Shown here: piece by piece, positions 51,463 to 61,914 of the stretch
How the letters are laid out: every line of letters starts with the position of its first letter
Position numbering within the stretch: the stretch's first letter is position 1
Origin: Candidatus Latescibacterota bacterium
Lineage (GTDB): Bacteria > Latescibacterota > UBA2968 > UBA8231
Direction: 5' to 3'
DNA: 64,000 nt
NCBI GenBank assembly: GCA_965248265.1
Contig: CBDFJF010000002.1
Span: 3,008,001 to 3,072,000 of the forward strand
Position numbers and translations under genes: made by a program
The notes under the pieces: model-generated
Told to the model about the DNA's origin: nothing
Database searches by the model: none
Seen by the model: the letters and a program-made list of their open reading frames with translations, nothing else

Positions 51463-52938
51463 TCAGGCTTCTTGCCCCGCCTCCGTCACTGGTAGGCTAA
51501 CTGTCACCTCCGTACCTGTCCCCACTTCGCTTTCTATCCGGATCTCCCCATGATGATCCTGGATAATCTTGAAGTCACTGGATAGTCCAAACCCCATCTT
51601 CATCCGTCCATCACCGGTCTGGAAGTCAAAGTCGAAAATACGCTCCGGCTGTGCGGGTGGAATCCCTATACCTGTATCAGCGATACGGACATAGACCATG
51701 TCATCTGCCCTTGAGGTGCTGATCTCTATTTCTCCTGTTTCTTCGATGGCTTGAAGGGCATTCTTGAGGAGATGCATGAAGACCTGGTTCAACTGTCCGG
51801 GAGCGCAATACACTGGCTCGATATCACCGTAGTTCTTGGTCACGGCGACCTTCTCACTTATCTGGCTTTCCAGCAGCGTCAGCGCGCTATCGATCCCCTT
51901 GTGGATGTCCACGGTCTGAAACTCGGCTTCGTCCAATCGGGCGAAATTCTGCAAGCTGCCGAGGACAGTGCTCACTCGTTCGGTGCCGTTGGCTATCACC
52001 CGATTGGCATTGGCCACTACTTCGAGCATTGACTGTATGGTCCGATTGTCCTTGACAGCGGGAAACGTGGTCTCAAGCGTCTGTGTCAGTTTGTCTATGG
52101 CGCGCATCAGCGTGTCGTGCATGCTGCCGATGGCCCCCATCGGGGTGTTCATCTCGTGCGCCACGCCCGATACCAGATCGCCCAAAGAGGCCATTTTCTC
52201 CTGCATGACCAGTTGGTTCTGCGTTTCTCTGAGCAGGCGCAAGTTCTCTTCGAGCGCCCGGTTCTGTTCCTCCACGCGCCCAAAATCGAGATAGCGGACA
52301 TAACCCAGCGACAGGGCTTCCGTTAGCTCCTGAACGATAGTCACGTGTGCTTGCACCAATGTGGGTACCATAAAGCTGACGACGCCATGCTCGAACGGCA
52401 CATGGATAAAGATCCATTCGGCTCTTTCGGGTATCGGATAAGGCCGATCCAGGCCCCAGGAATCGCTCAGTGCCTTAAATCTCGATGCACAGTCTTCTCC
52501 GCTTGCCGCTGCAGATAATACCTCTCCTCGGCCCCAGGAATCGATGATTATTGGATCTCTTGGACTGGGCAATTCCACTTCTCCTACCGCGATCTCTTCA
52601 TTGAACTCAGACAAGTGGGGCGAAGTCCACGAGATGCCGAACTTTTTCGGGTTGTAGAGGGCGTAGTAGCGTCTTCTGACGTGAGCACCATCCTCTTCCT
52701 CCTCCACGAATCGAATGCTGTTGCTCACGCTATCAATGCCCAGATTCAACATCTCCTCCCACATCATTCCTACTACCTTCAATAGATCCTTACTGGAACG
52801 CATGGCCATCGCTTCGGCTCGCGTCCGCTCCACAGCCAACTGACGCTCGACACCAGACACATCGACCCTTGCGACCTTCTCGCGTAGGTCGTCCAGCTCT
52901 TCGATGAGCTGCTTCTTGGTCTTCTGCTCGTCTTTCAT
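51463..52938 (-). CDS. Cytoplasmic sensor histidine kinase (GAF-like + HisKA + HATPase)
   Basis: EKMASLG.LVSGVAHEMNTP, QVF..LL.NA, DTGIG, GFGL, GTGT. Confidence 0.9.
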   Translation of the reverse strand: MKDEQKTKKQLIEELDDLREKVARVDVSGVERQLAVERTRAEAMAMRSSKDLLKVVGMMWEEMLNLGIDSVSNSIRFVEEEEDGAHVRRRYYALYNPKKFGISWTSPHLSEFNEEIAVGEVELPSPRDPIIIDSWGRGEVLSAAASGEDCASRFKALSDSWGLDRPYPIPERAEWIFIHVPFEHGVVSFMVPTLVQAHVTIVQELTEALSLGYVRYLDFGRVEEQNRALEENLRLLRETQNQLVMQEKMASLGDLVSGVAHEMNTPMGAIGSMHDTLMRAIDKLTQTLETTFPAVKDNRTIQSMLEVVANANRVIANGTERVSTVLGSLQNFARLDEAEFQTVDIHKGIDSALTLLESQISEKVAVTKNYGDIEPVYCAPGQLNQVFMHLLKNALQAIEETGEIEISTSRADDMVYVRIADTGIGIPPAQPERIFDFDFQTGDGRMKMGFGLSSDFKIIQDHHGEIRIESEVGTGTEVTVSLPVTEAGQEA

Positions 52939-53394
52939 GGCATCCTCAGGAGGACACTATTTCTGGGACTGTACGGACATTCCAGGACGCCACCAAGTCG
53001 GGGCAGGTGCGTGCCCGTCGGAAACTTGGCCGGCACGCTGGCTCCTCCAGGGTCGGCGATCAAGGAACGTCAATTCGCTTGCCAAGTCCGGTTTTGCCTC
53101 ATTAGCATGAGTAAATACGCCACTACGCTGGCATACTCCCTAGTACAGCGTTATCGGTTATTAACGCCTGTTGATACGCAGTCAGAAATCTGTTCTAGCG
53201 GGCATCGGACTCTGTGACTGATGGTCGCACGAATTCTCACCTGACCGAGATGTGAACTCATTCAAAGTGATTCGCCCAGTACGAGAGGGCGAGACCTTTG
53301 CGTCTGGGCGAACCGGTGATGCAGGACCAGCTCGTGACTCACGTGCCGGTGCGTCTGAGGATCCGGCTGTCCATCAGACTGGCACGGTAAGGCG

Positions 53395-54402
53395 TTATGA
53401 GCTAATGCTCTTGAAATACTCGATCTCGCCATCCTCGGCCAAGTCGGCCACCTTGTCGATGAGCGCCTGCCGGTCCTGCTGGGTCAGCGCCACGAAATCC
53501 CGGGCGAGGCCGATCTTTTCGCGCATCAAATCCGCGTTCTCAGCCCCAGTAATCAGGACGCTCACGGGCAGCGACCACACAAAATGAAGGGCCTGGCGGA
53601 CGCTCACTCGGTCCGGGACGACGGGGTTGTCCGTTTCCCATTGGACCTTGTCCAGTTTAACCTTCTTCGGGAAGAAGCGGCCGTCTGCCAGCGTCTTCAT
53701 GGCCAAGAGCGCGATGTTGCGCGACTGCAGGATCGGGGCGACCTGTGCGATGAAGCTGTGGTAGCTGGGGTCGAGCAGATTCACCGGCATCTGGCAGGTA
53801 TCGAACATGTCGCTGTCGGCGCTCCGCTCCAGCATGCGCAAATGAGCCGCTGGGTTGCTATGCCCGGTAAACCCGATGAAACGCGCCTTGCCGGAAGCCT
53901 TGGCGCGCTCGAACACATCCAGGACACCTCCATCGATACGTCGGTCCACATCATCAGGGTCGCCAATCCCGTGCACCTGCCAGAGATCCAGATAGTCCGT
54001 GTTCAAACGCTTCAAGGACGCGTCGAGGTGCTGCTGGGCGGTATCGGCATCCTTGGCACCGGTTTTGGTCATAATGAAGACCTGTTTGCGGGCCTTTGGT
54101 ACCAAGTATTTGCCATAGCGCTGCTCGCTCCTGCCGTCCCCGTAGCCTTCCGCGGTATCGAAGAAGCGCACACCGCCGGCGAGCGCCGTTTCAATCACGG
54201 CTTCTGCATCCCGCTCGGTCGTCCAGCCGATGTGGTAGCCGCCAATCCCCAGCATCGTCACCGCGTCGCCGGTGCGGCCCAGCACACGTTTGGGCAGCAG
54301 CTGACCCAGTTTGTCCTGCGCCTGGCTGCCGCATCCGAAGGGAATCATAACGCCTGGAAGCGTGGCAAGCAGAGTCTTCAGAAAATCACGTCGTTCAATC
54401 AT
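53395..54402 (-). CDS. Tat-exported aldo/keto reductase
   Basis: ERRDFLK Tat motif, FDTA..YG, MTK, LWQVH, GFTGH, AMK. Confidence 0.9.
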   Translation of the reverse strand: MIERRDFLKTLLATLPGVMIPFGCGSQAQDKLGQLLPKRVLGRTGDAVTMLGIGGYHIGWTTERDAEAVIETALAGGVRFFDTAEGYGDGRSEQRYGKYLVPKARKQVFIMTKTGAKDADTAQQHLDASLKRLNTDYLDLWQVHGIGDPDDVDRRIDGGVLDVFERAKASGKARFIGFTGHSNPAAHLRMLERSADSDMFDTCQMPVNLLDPSYHSFIAQVAPILQSRNIALLAMKTLADGRFFPKKVKLDKVQWETDNPVVPDRVSVRQALHFVWSLPVSVLITGAENADLMREKIGLARDFVALTQQDRQALIDKVADLAEDGEIEYFKSISS

Positions 54403-54510
54403 GACCCACCTCGACAATAGGCACTTCACCACCTCCATCGAGAGAAACAGTGGTAGTCCGGGGATATCTCAGTCTTAGGACAAGGTCGACCGAGGAGTGA
54501 CAGCAGGGGT

Positions 54511-54969
54511 TCATTCGGTAACATCGACCGATTCGGCGTTTCCAGATCCCTCCGTGTATAGCCATGCACCAACCAGCGCAGCGATAGGGACCTCGAAGAA
54601 GCCCCAGATCCACGTTACGACGACCAGCTTGGTCGGGAAGAGGCCTTGTACCAGGGTACTGCCAAAGCCGATGAGCCAAACCCAGAACCACACGGCCAGG
54701 CCGGCGCAGACTGCGGTCTTGGGGCCGGCGCCACATCGTGGACGAATAGCTGCATAGAGCCATATGGTCGAAATCCCGAGCACAAACCCCAGTATCAGGA
54801 ACCAGACGATGGCGCTGCCACCGACCATCGGGAGGCCAAGCGCCTCCATCGCGCTCTTCCAATCCTCACTGAGGATCGGCTCGTTGAGCAGAAACTCACC
54901 GATGTTTATGATGAGGCCCGCAAGCAGTCCTCCCGTCACTACGCGAGCATACGGATCGTCACTCTCCAT
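54511..54969 (-). CDS. Conserved 4-TM membrane protein
   Basis: GGLLAG, WLYAAIRPR.G.GPKTA, GAWLY.E. Confidence 0.75.
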   Translation of the reverse strand: MESDDPYARVVTGGLLAGLIINIGEFLLNEPILSEDWKSAMEALGLPMVGGSAIVWFLILGFVLGISTIWLYAAIRPRCGAGPKTAVCAGLAVWFWVWLIGFGSTLVQGLFPTKLVVVTWIWGFFEVPIAALVGAWLYTEGSGNAESVDVTE

Positions 54970-55043
54970 TATATATACACAACGAGTCAGTAAGGACGTG
55001 CGGGGCCTGTTTGGCCGAATCACCAACCATGTGGAGCATTGCG

Positions 55044-55499
55044 ATGCAGCTGACGGATGATCACTACAGAGATTTCCTGGAACAGGGATATGTCGTCATT
55101 GAGAATTTCTATCCCGAAGAGAAACGCGCCCTCATAGCAACCACCCTGCGCAAGATTCTGCCGCCGTGGGAAGAAGTGAAGGACGACCCGCCTGACAACG
55201 TCCTGAACGACAACTTTCCGTACGAGGAACAACTGTTCAACCAGCTCATACTTGACCCTGAGCTGATCGGCTTCGTCCGGAGAGTCCTCGACACTGAGGA
55301 CGTTCACTTCCGCTACGCCCACAACTGGGCACGCTACCCCAAACCTGCTGTGAAGGAGCCACGCTTGCACTTCGACAACGGCAACAACTCGCTGTTGCCC
55401 GTGTGCGACGACATCCGCTACGGGCAAATCAGCTCCTGGTATTTCCCCGAGGCCGTGCCGGAGGACCACGCCCCACCGCAGGGAGCGACGGGCAGGTGA
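55044..55499 (+). pseudogene. PhyH-family Fe/2OG dioxygenase, 3'-truncated
   Basis: F.EQGYVVIENF and LHFD (HxD); ends before the distal His. Confidence 0.65.
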
Positions 55500-55811
55500 G
55501 TGGGTGATGGTGCCCGATTGGGCCAGACTGGCAAAGGAGGCCGGGATGTCCACCACTCAGGTATACCGCATTCGGGACAGAGAAGTTGATCCGAGATTGG
55601 GAACTCTTTCCAAGCTTGCCACCGCCCTGGGTGCTCTGTCACGCGACATCATCACGGATGAACCCGAACAACCGCGGCCATAGCGAGATCAGCCAGCTAT
55701 CTGGGCGACGCGACTATCATCGCCGCGGCCGCATGTTGTAGCATCTTGATCCCACGCTGCATCCTGCCGCAGGCCTTCTTCAGGCGAGGCACGCTGGACA
55801 ATCTTTCACTA

Positions 55812-56967
55812 GTGCTCTGTTAAGAAATCGAGCTTGTATTTTGTCGTAAGTCGTGGTATCATGGATACATATGGTGAATCCTTCAGGAGGGTGATGCTAT
55901 GTGTCTCCATGCTCGTTCGCCGAACGCGGCGGAGTCTAAGGAACTGGGACGGTGGCTGAAACGGCCTCGCAACGCCGTGCAGATGCGCCGTGGGCAGTTG
56001 ATCTCGTTCAGCGCCCAGGGCATGCGCGTCCAGGAGATCTCGGATACACTGCATCTGCATGAGGAGTACGTTCGCCAGTTGATCCGCCAGTACAACGAAG
56101 GGGGATTGACGGTTTTGCGCACTCGGGCACGTCCGGGGCGTCCTTCGAAGTTGACGCCGGAAGACGAATCCGTGGTGGTGGAAATTGCCACGATGCCTCC
56201 TCGCGCGTTCGGCCAGCCGTTCAACCAGTGGTCGTTGCGCAAGCTGACTGACTGCCTGGTGGGACGGCAGATGATTCCCGAGGTTTCGCATGTGACCATC
56301 GGAAAAATCTTGGATCAACATAAGGTTACCTATCAACGCACGCGCACTTGGAAAGAATCAAAGGACCCGGAGTTTGTCTCTAAAAAAAACGCATCAACCG
56401 ACTCTACAAGCGGGCGCCGAAAGACACGGTCGTAGTCTGTTTCGACGAACTGGGACCAGTCCAGATCAAGCCGCATGCCGGTGCTTCCTGGGCCCCACAC
56501 AAGCGCCCGGTCCGGCATCGGGCAACCTATAGCCGCCACGGCGGCGTCAGCTATTTCTTTGGAGCCTATAACGTCCATGAGGACATCCTGTGGATGCATC
56601 ACAAACCCAAGAAACACGCGTCGGTCGTACTCGATTTCCTCAAGGCCATTCGGCTCCGCTATCGCACGGCGAAGCGGATCTATGTCGTCATGGATAATCT
56701 GTCGACGCACAAGACACCGCCGATCTTGCAGTGGTGCCGACGAAACCGGGTCTCGCCGGTCTTCACCGCCACCAACGCGTCATGGATGAATCGGCTCGAA
56801 TGTCACCTCACGGCAGCCCATTACTTCGTCATCAAAAACAGCGATCCCAACGATCATCGAGAAGTCGGCCAGCGCATGCAGGAGTACCTGAGGTGGCGAA
56901 ACAAGAACACCGACAACGCCAAGCTGGCCAAAGTCCAAAACTCAATGCCCACTCTTTAACAGAGCAC
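55812..56967 (+). mobile_element. IS630-family insertion sequence, copy 1 (1156 bp)
   Basis: Terminal IR GTGCTCTGTTAA/TTAACAGAGCAC, TA duplication within CTAG, HTH + DDE transposase. Confidence 0.95.
55899..56959 (+). CDS. IS630 transposase joined by -1 frameshift/slippage at A8 (56382-56389)
   Basis: orfA RPGRP/WSLRKL; -1 frame KRINRLY..VCFDE..VVMDNLSTH..ASWMNRLE. Confidence 0.9.
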
Positions 56968-57443
56968 TAGCGTATAGAATCGACCTGACCCTGCCGAGAA
57001 TCACGTTCTGCAGCTGACTTAAAATGCGCAGACAGACGCTGCCTTTCCGCCACTGGGAGAGAATCCACAAAGCGGCAGAGGCTGGTCGCCAGATTTCGTA
57101 TTTTCTCTCTTTTTTCAACCGGGTATGCGTTAAAGAGCGCCAAATACGGATGTTCGTCGACTGTGTTGCCGGCCGTCTTTTCCTGAGTTTCATCGTCCAG
57201 AAGATGGAGGTCTACGCCTGCCATTTTCATCAAATCCTCCATGGAGGCTTTTTCGAGCTGTTCGGGTGTCAGCTTCGGCGGCGTGTAGCCATCGAGGTAC
57301 TGCGAATCAATCTCGACACGGCGCAGTCTGGCGCGTACTTGAGTGATCAAACGAGCGCGCATCAACTGCTCGATCTCTTCAGGGTGTGCGGTTTGAGGGC
57401 GCTTTTTCGTTGTCATTTTTCTGTGTCCTTTCGTCTCGGCCAC
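56967..57443 (-). CDS. Hypothetical protein
   Basis: 158-aa helical ORF whose TAG stop lies in the IS target CTAG. Confidence 0.55.
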   Translation of the reverse strand: MAETKGHRKMTTKKRPQTAHPEEIEQLMRARLITQVRARLRRVEIDSQYLDGYTPPKLTPEQLEKASMEDLMKMAGVDLHLLDDETQEKTAGNTVDEHPYLALFNAYPVEKREKIRNLATSLCRFVDSLPVAERQRLSAHFKSAAERDSRQGQVDSIR

Positions 57444-57473
57444 CGAAGTTGCGGCCTGGTAATTGAGCGTCTC

Positions 57474-58109
57474 TTATGACATCGGTTCGATCTGGCACGC
57501 ACGCAGTTCCCGTAGCTCCTTCATTGCCCGCAACGTGCGGTTGAGCATGGTGGTTTCGTAACGTGAGAGTTTGCTCAAAACATCGGCCCCCATGGCATCG
57601 GCAAGGAAGGCCTGGGCGGCATAGTCGATGTCGGCCTGTTTCGCGCGCAGCCGCGCTTTCTTCTGACCAATCGACCCTTCAGGAGGCGTTGATGAACCGG
57701 CCTGTTCGTCCAGGCGCTTCCGTATCCGTTCGTAGGCATACCAGGTCAAGATGCCTGCCTCAGCGCGGGAAAACCGACGGAGGCGCCACCAGCCATCGGC
57801 GATCAATTCGACAAGGCGATGCTGATCGGGACCACATGGCGCGTACTGCGTGAACGTCTCCCTTATGTGACGATCGAACTCAGCTGGATCTTCGTCTGGC
57901 AGAAGACCCAACGCCGCGCAGCCCCCGTGTTTGAGTGCGTTCTTGCTCGAGTTGGCCTTGCCTCCAGAACTCGTCGGCCCGGTGGATTTTTTTGCATTTG
58001 CTTTATTAGCCTCAGCCTGCTTGGCGGTAGTCATTTTATTTCTCGTTGTCATATGCGCGACGATAGGGGTTATGGGTGACCCGGAGGTCAACTCCGATGG
58101 TTGAGCCAC
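57474..58109 (-). CDS. Conserved hypothetical protein of the 'Q..AN..NA..STGP...G...S..NAL.HG' family
   Basis: KQAEANKANAKKSTGPTSSGGKANSSKNALKHG, WRLRR..R.E, LSRYE; true start probably internal (MTTAKQ). Confidence 0.75.
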   Translation of the reverse strand: MAQPSELTSGSPITPIVAHMTTRNKMTTAKQAEANKANAKKSTGPTSSGGKANSSKNALKHGGCAALGLLPDEDPAEFDRHIRETFTQYAPCGPDQHRLVELIADGWWRLRRFSRAEAGILTWYAYERIRKRLDEQAGSSTPPEGSIGQKKARLRAKQADIDYAAQAFLADAMGADVLSKLSRYETTMLNRTLRAMKELRELRACQIEPMS

Positions 58110-58399
58110 CCACTCGATGGATTACGATGTTTTCACGCTGAATCGAACGCCCTCATCTAACAAGGCCGGCGCGGAACCCTGGCCCCACGATCTCACAGAG
58201 ACAAAATTCTTACACGAAGCAAAGGTTCTTTGGTCGGACACGTATCTCTCCTGGCTTTTTCTCGAACGAAGCCTCCTCGGGCGCACGGCTACTCGCACCA
58301 CAGTCTCGATAATCAACGAAACCATGATTCAGATCTGATGTACGAGCCTGCAATTTTCTACTCTCTAGTCGAACATCAGGCCGCGACCAGCGGCTGATA

Positions 58400-58610
58400 T
58401 CACGGCGACGTTGATGCGGATGTTGAAGCAGTCGGGGTCGTGCTCGGTCTGCAGCTGGGTGTGGATCTGGTCGAGGAGGGCGAAGAGCTCGGTGCGCTCC
58501 TCGGGGGTTGTTTCAGACAGGCGGGGCACGTGGCGGTGTGGGATGATGAGGGTGTGGCCGGGGGAGACCGGGTAGGCGTCGCGGAGGGCGCAGGTAAGGG
58601 GGGTGGATTG
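58400..58610 (-). pseudogene. HIT-family hydrolase fragment
   Basis: DAYPVSPGHTLIIP.RH...PD.FNI.IN, truncated before HxHxH. Confidence 0.7.
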
Positions 58611-58950
58611 GGGTGATGGTGGAAGGGGCTGGGTGGCAGAAGGGGCAATGTGGGTGAGGCACCTGGCTGCAGGCAGGCCCCGGGGCTGTGGGCGTGGCGG
58701 TGCGATTGGATAAGCGGCTTGCCAGGGCTTCGCGCGAATCGGTAATTGAGAGAACGCAGGATCTGTCGGCTTCCGGCGTCTGCGGTCGTTAGCGTAATGC
58801 ATTCTCGCGGTTATATTTGCTGGCGGGGAGGTAAGGGAGGGTTGGGATAGCGCAGCGCGAAGGCAGACACCACGGTGGCCGCCCGCATCGCGGCCAAGTT
58901 TATCATCGTTACCTGGCACGGAACAGCACCGAACGCAAAAGGGGTGGGAG

Positions 58951-59181
58951 ATGGAGCTGCAAGAACGCATCGTAATCGATCCTGATGTGCTCGTCGGTAA
59001 ACCCGTCATCCGTGGGACCAGGCTCGCCGTGGAATTCGTAGTGGACCTGCTGGCGCACGGATGGGACGAGGCGCAGATCCTGGAGAATTACCCGGGGATA
59101 GTTAGAGAAGACATCCTGGCGTGCCTCGAATACGCAACCGAAGCCCTCAAATCAGAAAGAGTTTATCCCCTGGCGAAGTGA
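58951..59181 (+). CDS. DUF433 antitoxin-like protein
   Basis: RI.IDP.V..GKPVIRGTR..V.......LA.G.....IL.NYP...EDI.ACL.YA. Confidence 0.92.
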   Translation: MELQERIVIDPDVLVGKPVIRGTRLAVEFVVDLLAHGWDEAQILENYPGIVREDILACLEYATEALKSERVYPLAK

Positions 59182-59182
59182 T

Positions 59183-59533
59183 GTGAGAGTCCTGGCCAAC
59201 GAGAACGTACCCAAGGCTGCCGTCGACGAGCTGCGCAACAGAGGCCATGACGTCGTCTGGGCGCGCGCCGATATGGCCGGCGCAGAAGATGAGGTGGTGC
59301 TCGCAAGAGCCCAGGTTGAGCAACGACTGGTAGTTACGCTGGATAAGGACTTCGGTGAATTGGCTTTCCGTCGTGGCCTGCCCAGTCAGTGTGGTGTCGT
59401 CTTGTTTCGCATGACACTCGCTTCGCCGTTGGTCGTGGCACAGCGCATGGCGGACGCCATGGAAAGCCGATCAGACTGGACCGGATCCTTCTCGGTCGTT
59501 GAAGACGAGCGAGTAAGAATCAGGCCGCTTTAG
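59183..59533 (+). CDS. DUF5615 PIN-like toxin
   Basis: LANEN, GHDV, D..VL..A....R..VT.DKDFGEL. Confidence 0.9.
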   Translation: MRVLANENVPKAAVDELRNRGHDVVWARADMAGAEDEVVLARAQVEQRLVVTLDKDFGELAFRRGLPSQCGVVLFRMTLASPLVVAQRMADAMESRSDWTGSFSVVEDERVRIRPL

Positions 59534-59852
59534 AGCGGCCGACCATCCCCGGAGCCAGGCTGAAGAGCATGAATGACGTGGTGATGGATTCGTTTCTCAC
59601 GTTCTCTTAGTTCTTAACATATTGTTTTATAATAGGTTAGGACAATTATACGTCCAGCCCATGGCGAGCATGTGCCATTTTGCGAAACGAAGCCATTTCA
59701 GCGAGATCGGCGTGGTGATTCTGACCACCCGGGGGACCAATGGGGACCGGTCTGCGTCGCGACGGACCACGACGACTACGGGTGGTCTCGGCCAAAGAGC
59801 TCCGGCAGTCAGAAAAGCTTGGGGGACTTAGGGTTGGGAATCAGGAGCCGGT

Positions 59853-59899
59853 GATTTGTAATCGGGCGGTCCCCGGTTCGAGTCCGGGAGGCGGCTCCA
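59853..59899 (+). other. 3' half of tRNA-Thr(TGT): att core of an integrative element, not a functional tRNA
   Basis: Anticodon loop TTTGTAA, T-arm CCCGG-TTCGAGT-CCGGG, acceptor 3' strand AGGCGGC-T-CCA; no D-arm or 5' acceptor strand. Confidence 0.85.
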
Positions 59900-59903
59900 A
59901 TAA

Positions 59904-59941
59904 AAACAGGCACTTACGGAGTATACTGTAGGTGCCTGTTT
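59904..59941 (+). terminator. Hairpin directly after the tRNA fragment
   Basis: AAACAGGCACTTAC/GTAGGTGCCTGTTT 14-bp stem (one G:U). Confidence 0.6.
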
Positions 59942-59977
59942 CGTTGAAGACATCAATTTCGTCCATTCTTCGTCCAC

Positions 59978-60286
59978 TCCGCAGCCGCTGTAGTGATGGC
60001 ACATGACCCGGGCACCGACCGGGGCCAGAGCTTCCGGCACGGCACTGCCGCGGGCGGCCACGACACCGCAGGGCTCGTGACCGGCAATGACCGGGCTGCC
60101 GTCGCCTCCCAGGCCGAGGGAGCGGGCGCCTCCGTCGCCATCGGTGGAAGCGCGATAGAAGATGAGATCGCTGACGCACATGCCAGAGGCCTTGATCTCC
60201 AGCACCACCTCGTGGGGTCCCGGTGTGGGATCCGGGAACTCCACGAATTGCAGCTTGCGATCGCCGAGGAAGACGACGCCCTTCAT
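59978..60286 (-). pseudogene. Zn-dependent alcohol dehydrogenase N-terminal fragment
   Basis: ASGMC.SD, AGHEPCG, HYSGCG, then an abrupt junction to att-flanking DNA. Confidence 0.8.
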
Positions 60287-60551
60287 AACGGACTCCTGAG
60301 TGAGTGATTGGTGTGCACGTCGGTGTGCCGCTAGTGCAACAAGCTACGCTCTGTGCAATCTTCTCGCACGGCTGCCCCTACCCGGGCAGGCAGGATCGAG
60401 CTGCGCCAACCGCACACCGTCGTCGAACCCTGACAGGAACCATGAGCGGGCATTGCCGATACTTTGTAAACGATGGACGAGTCGCCATCCACGTGAGTTA
60501 CCGGACGATCGGCCACAGCTGGCGACTTCACCGTCGCAGCCCTTACCCCTA

Positions 60552-61707
60552 GTGCTCTGTTAAGAAATCGAGCTTGTATTTTGTCGTAAGTCGTGGTATC
60601 ATGGATACATATGGTGAATCCTTCAGGAGGGTGATGCTATGTGTCTCCATGCTCGTTCGCCGAACGCGGCGGAGTCTAAGGAACTGGGACGGTGGCTGAA
60701 ACGGCCTCGCAACGCCGTGCAGATGCGCCGTGGGCAGTTGATCTCGTTCAGCGCCCAGGGCATGCGCGTCCAGGAGATCTCGGATACACTGCATCTGCAT
60801 GAGGAGTACGTTCGCCAGTTGATCCGCCAGTACAACGAAGGGGGATTGACGGTTTTGCGCACTCGGGCACGTCCGGGGCGTCCTTCGAAGTTGACGCCGG
60901 AAGACGAATCCGTGGTGGTGGAAATTGCCACGATGCCTCCTCGCGCGTTCGGCCAGCCGTTCAACCAGTGGTCGTTGCGCAAGCTGACTGACTGCCTGGT
61001 GGGACGGCAGATGATTCCCGAGGTTTCGCATGTGACCATCGGAAAAATCTTGGATCAACATAAGGTTACCTATCAACGCACGCGCACTTGGAAAGAATCA
61101 AAGGACCCGGAGTTTGTCTCTAAAAAAAACGCATCAACCGACTCTACAAGCGGGCGCCGAAAGACACGGTCGTAGTCTGTTTCGACGAACTGGGACCAGT
61201 CCAGATCAAGCCGCATGCCGGTGCTTCCTGGGCCCCACACAAGCGCCCGGTCCGGCATCGGGCAACCTATAGCCGCCACGGCGGCGTCAGCTATTTCTTT
61301 GGAGCCTATAACGTCCATGAGGACATCCTGTGGATGCATCACAAACCCAAGAAACACGCGTCGGTCGTACTCGATTTCCTCAAGGCCATTCGGCTCCGCT
61401 ATCGCACGGCGAAGCGGATCTATGTCGTCATGGATAATCTGTCGACGCACAAGACACCGCCGATCTTGCAGTGGTGCCGACGAAACCGGGTCTCGCCGGT
61501 CTTCACCGCCACCAACGCGTCATGGATGAATCGGCTCGAATGTCACCTCACGGCAGCCCATTACTTCGTCATCAAAAACAGCGATCCCAACGATCATCGA
61601 GAAGTCGGCCAGCGCATGCAGGAGTACCTGAGGTGGCGAAACAAGAACACCGACAACGCCAAGCTGGCCAAAGTCCAAAACTCAATGCCCACTCTTTAAC
61701 AGAGCAC
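60552..61707 (+). mobile_element. IS630-family insertion sequence, copy 2 (appears identical to copy 1)
   Basis: Same IRs, CTAG target and ORF translations, offset by 4740 bp. Confidence 0.95.
60639..61699 (+). CDS. IS630 transposase, -1 frameshift at A8 (61122-61129)
   Basis: Identical translation to 55899-56959. Confidence 0.9.
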
Positions 61708-61914
61708 TAGTCGACGGTGAGCAGTCCGGGAGCGCGGCGTTGGCTTGCTTGCACAAAGATGCCCCATACCATGTTAGCATTGCTCCTACTCAGGCTCGGA
61801 CGTCAGGCAGACATGTCTGAAGTGACGTGATGCCCGCAGTGACGATCTGAGGCGCGGCCGAACTCGTCGGCACGAGACCCATACGAGTCCCAAACGATAC
61901 GAGAGCTACACAAC

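Noticed and set aside
55630-55641. GTGCTCTGTCAC as an extra IS630 end
   Set aside because: Only 9 consecutive bases match, with no TA/CTAG context and no partner end.
58560-58700. G-rich tract as a G-quadruplex or repeat element
   Set aside because: It is largely the antisense of the C-rich HIT fragment and its leader, with no regular repeat unit.
59821-59899. Complete tRNA-Thr gene
   Set aside because: There is no GCCGCCT 5' acceptor strand or D-arm, and the 5' side of the anticodon stem does not pair.
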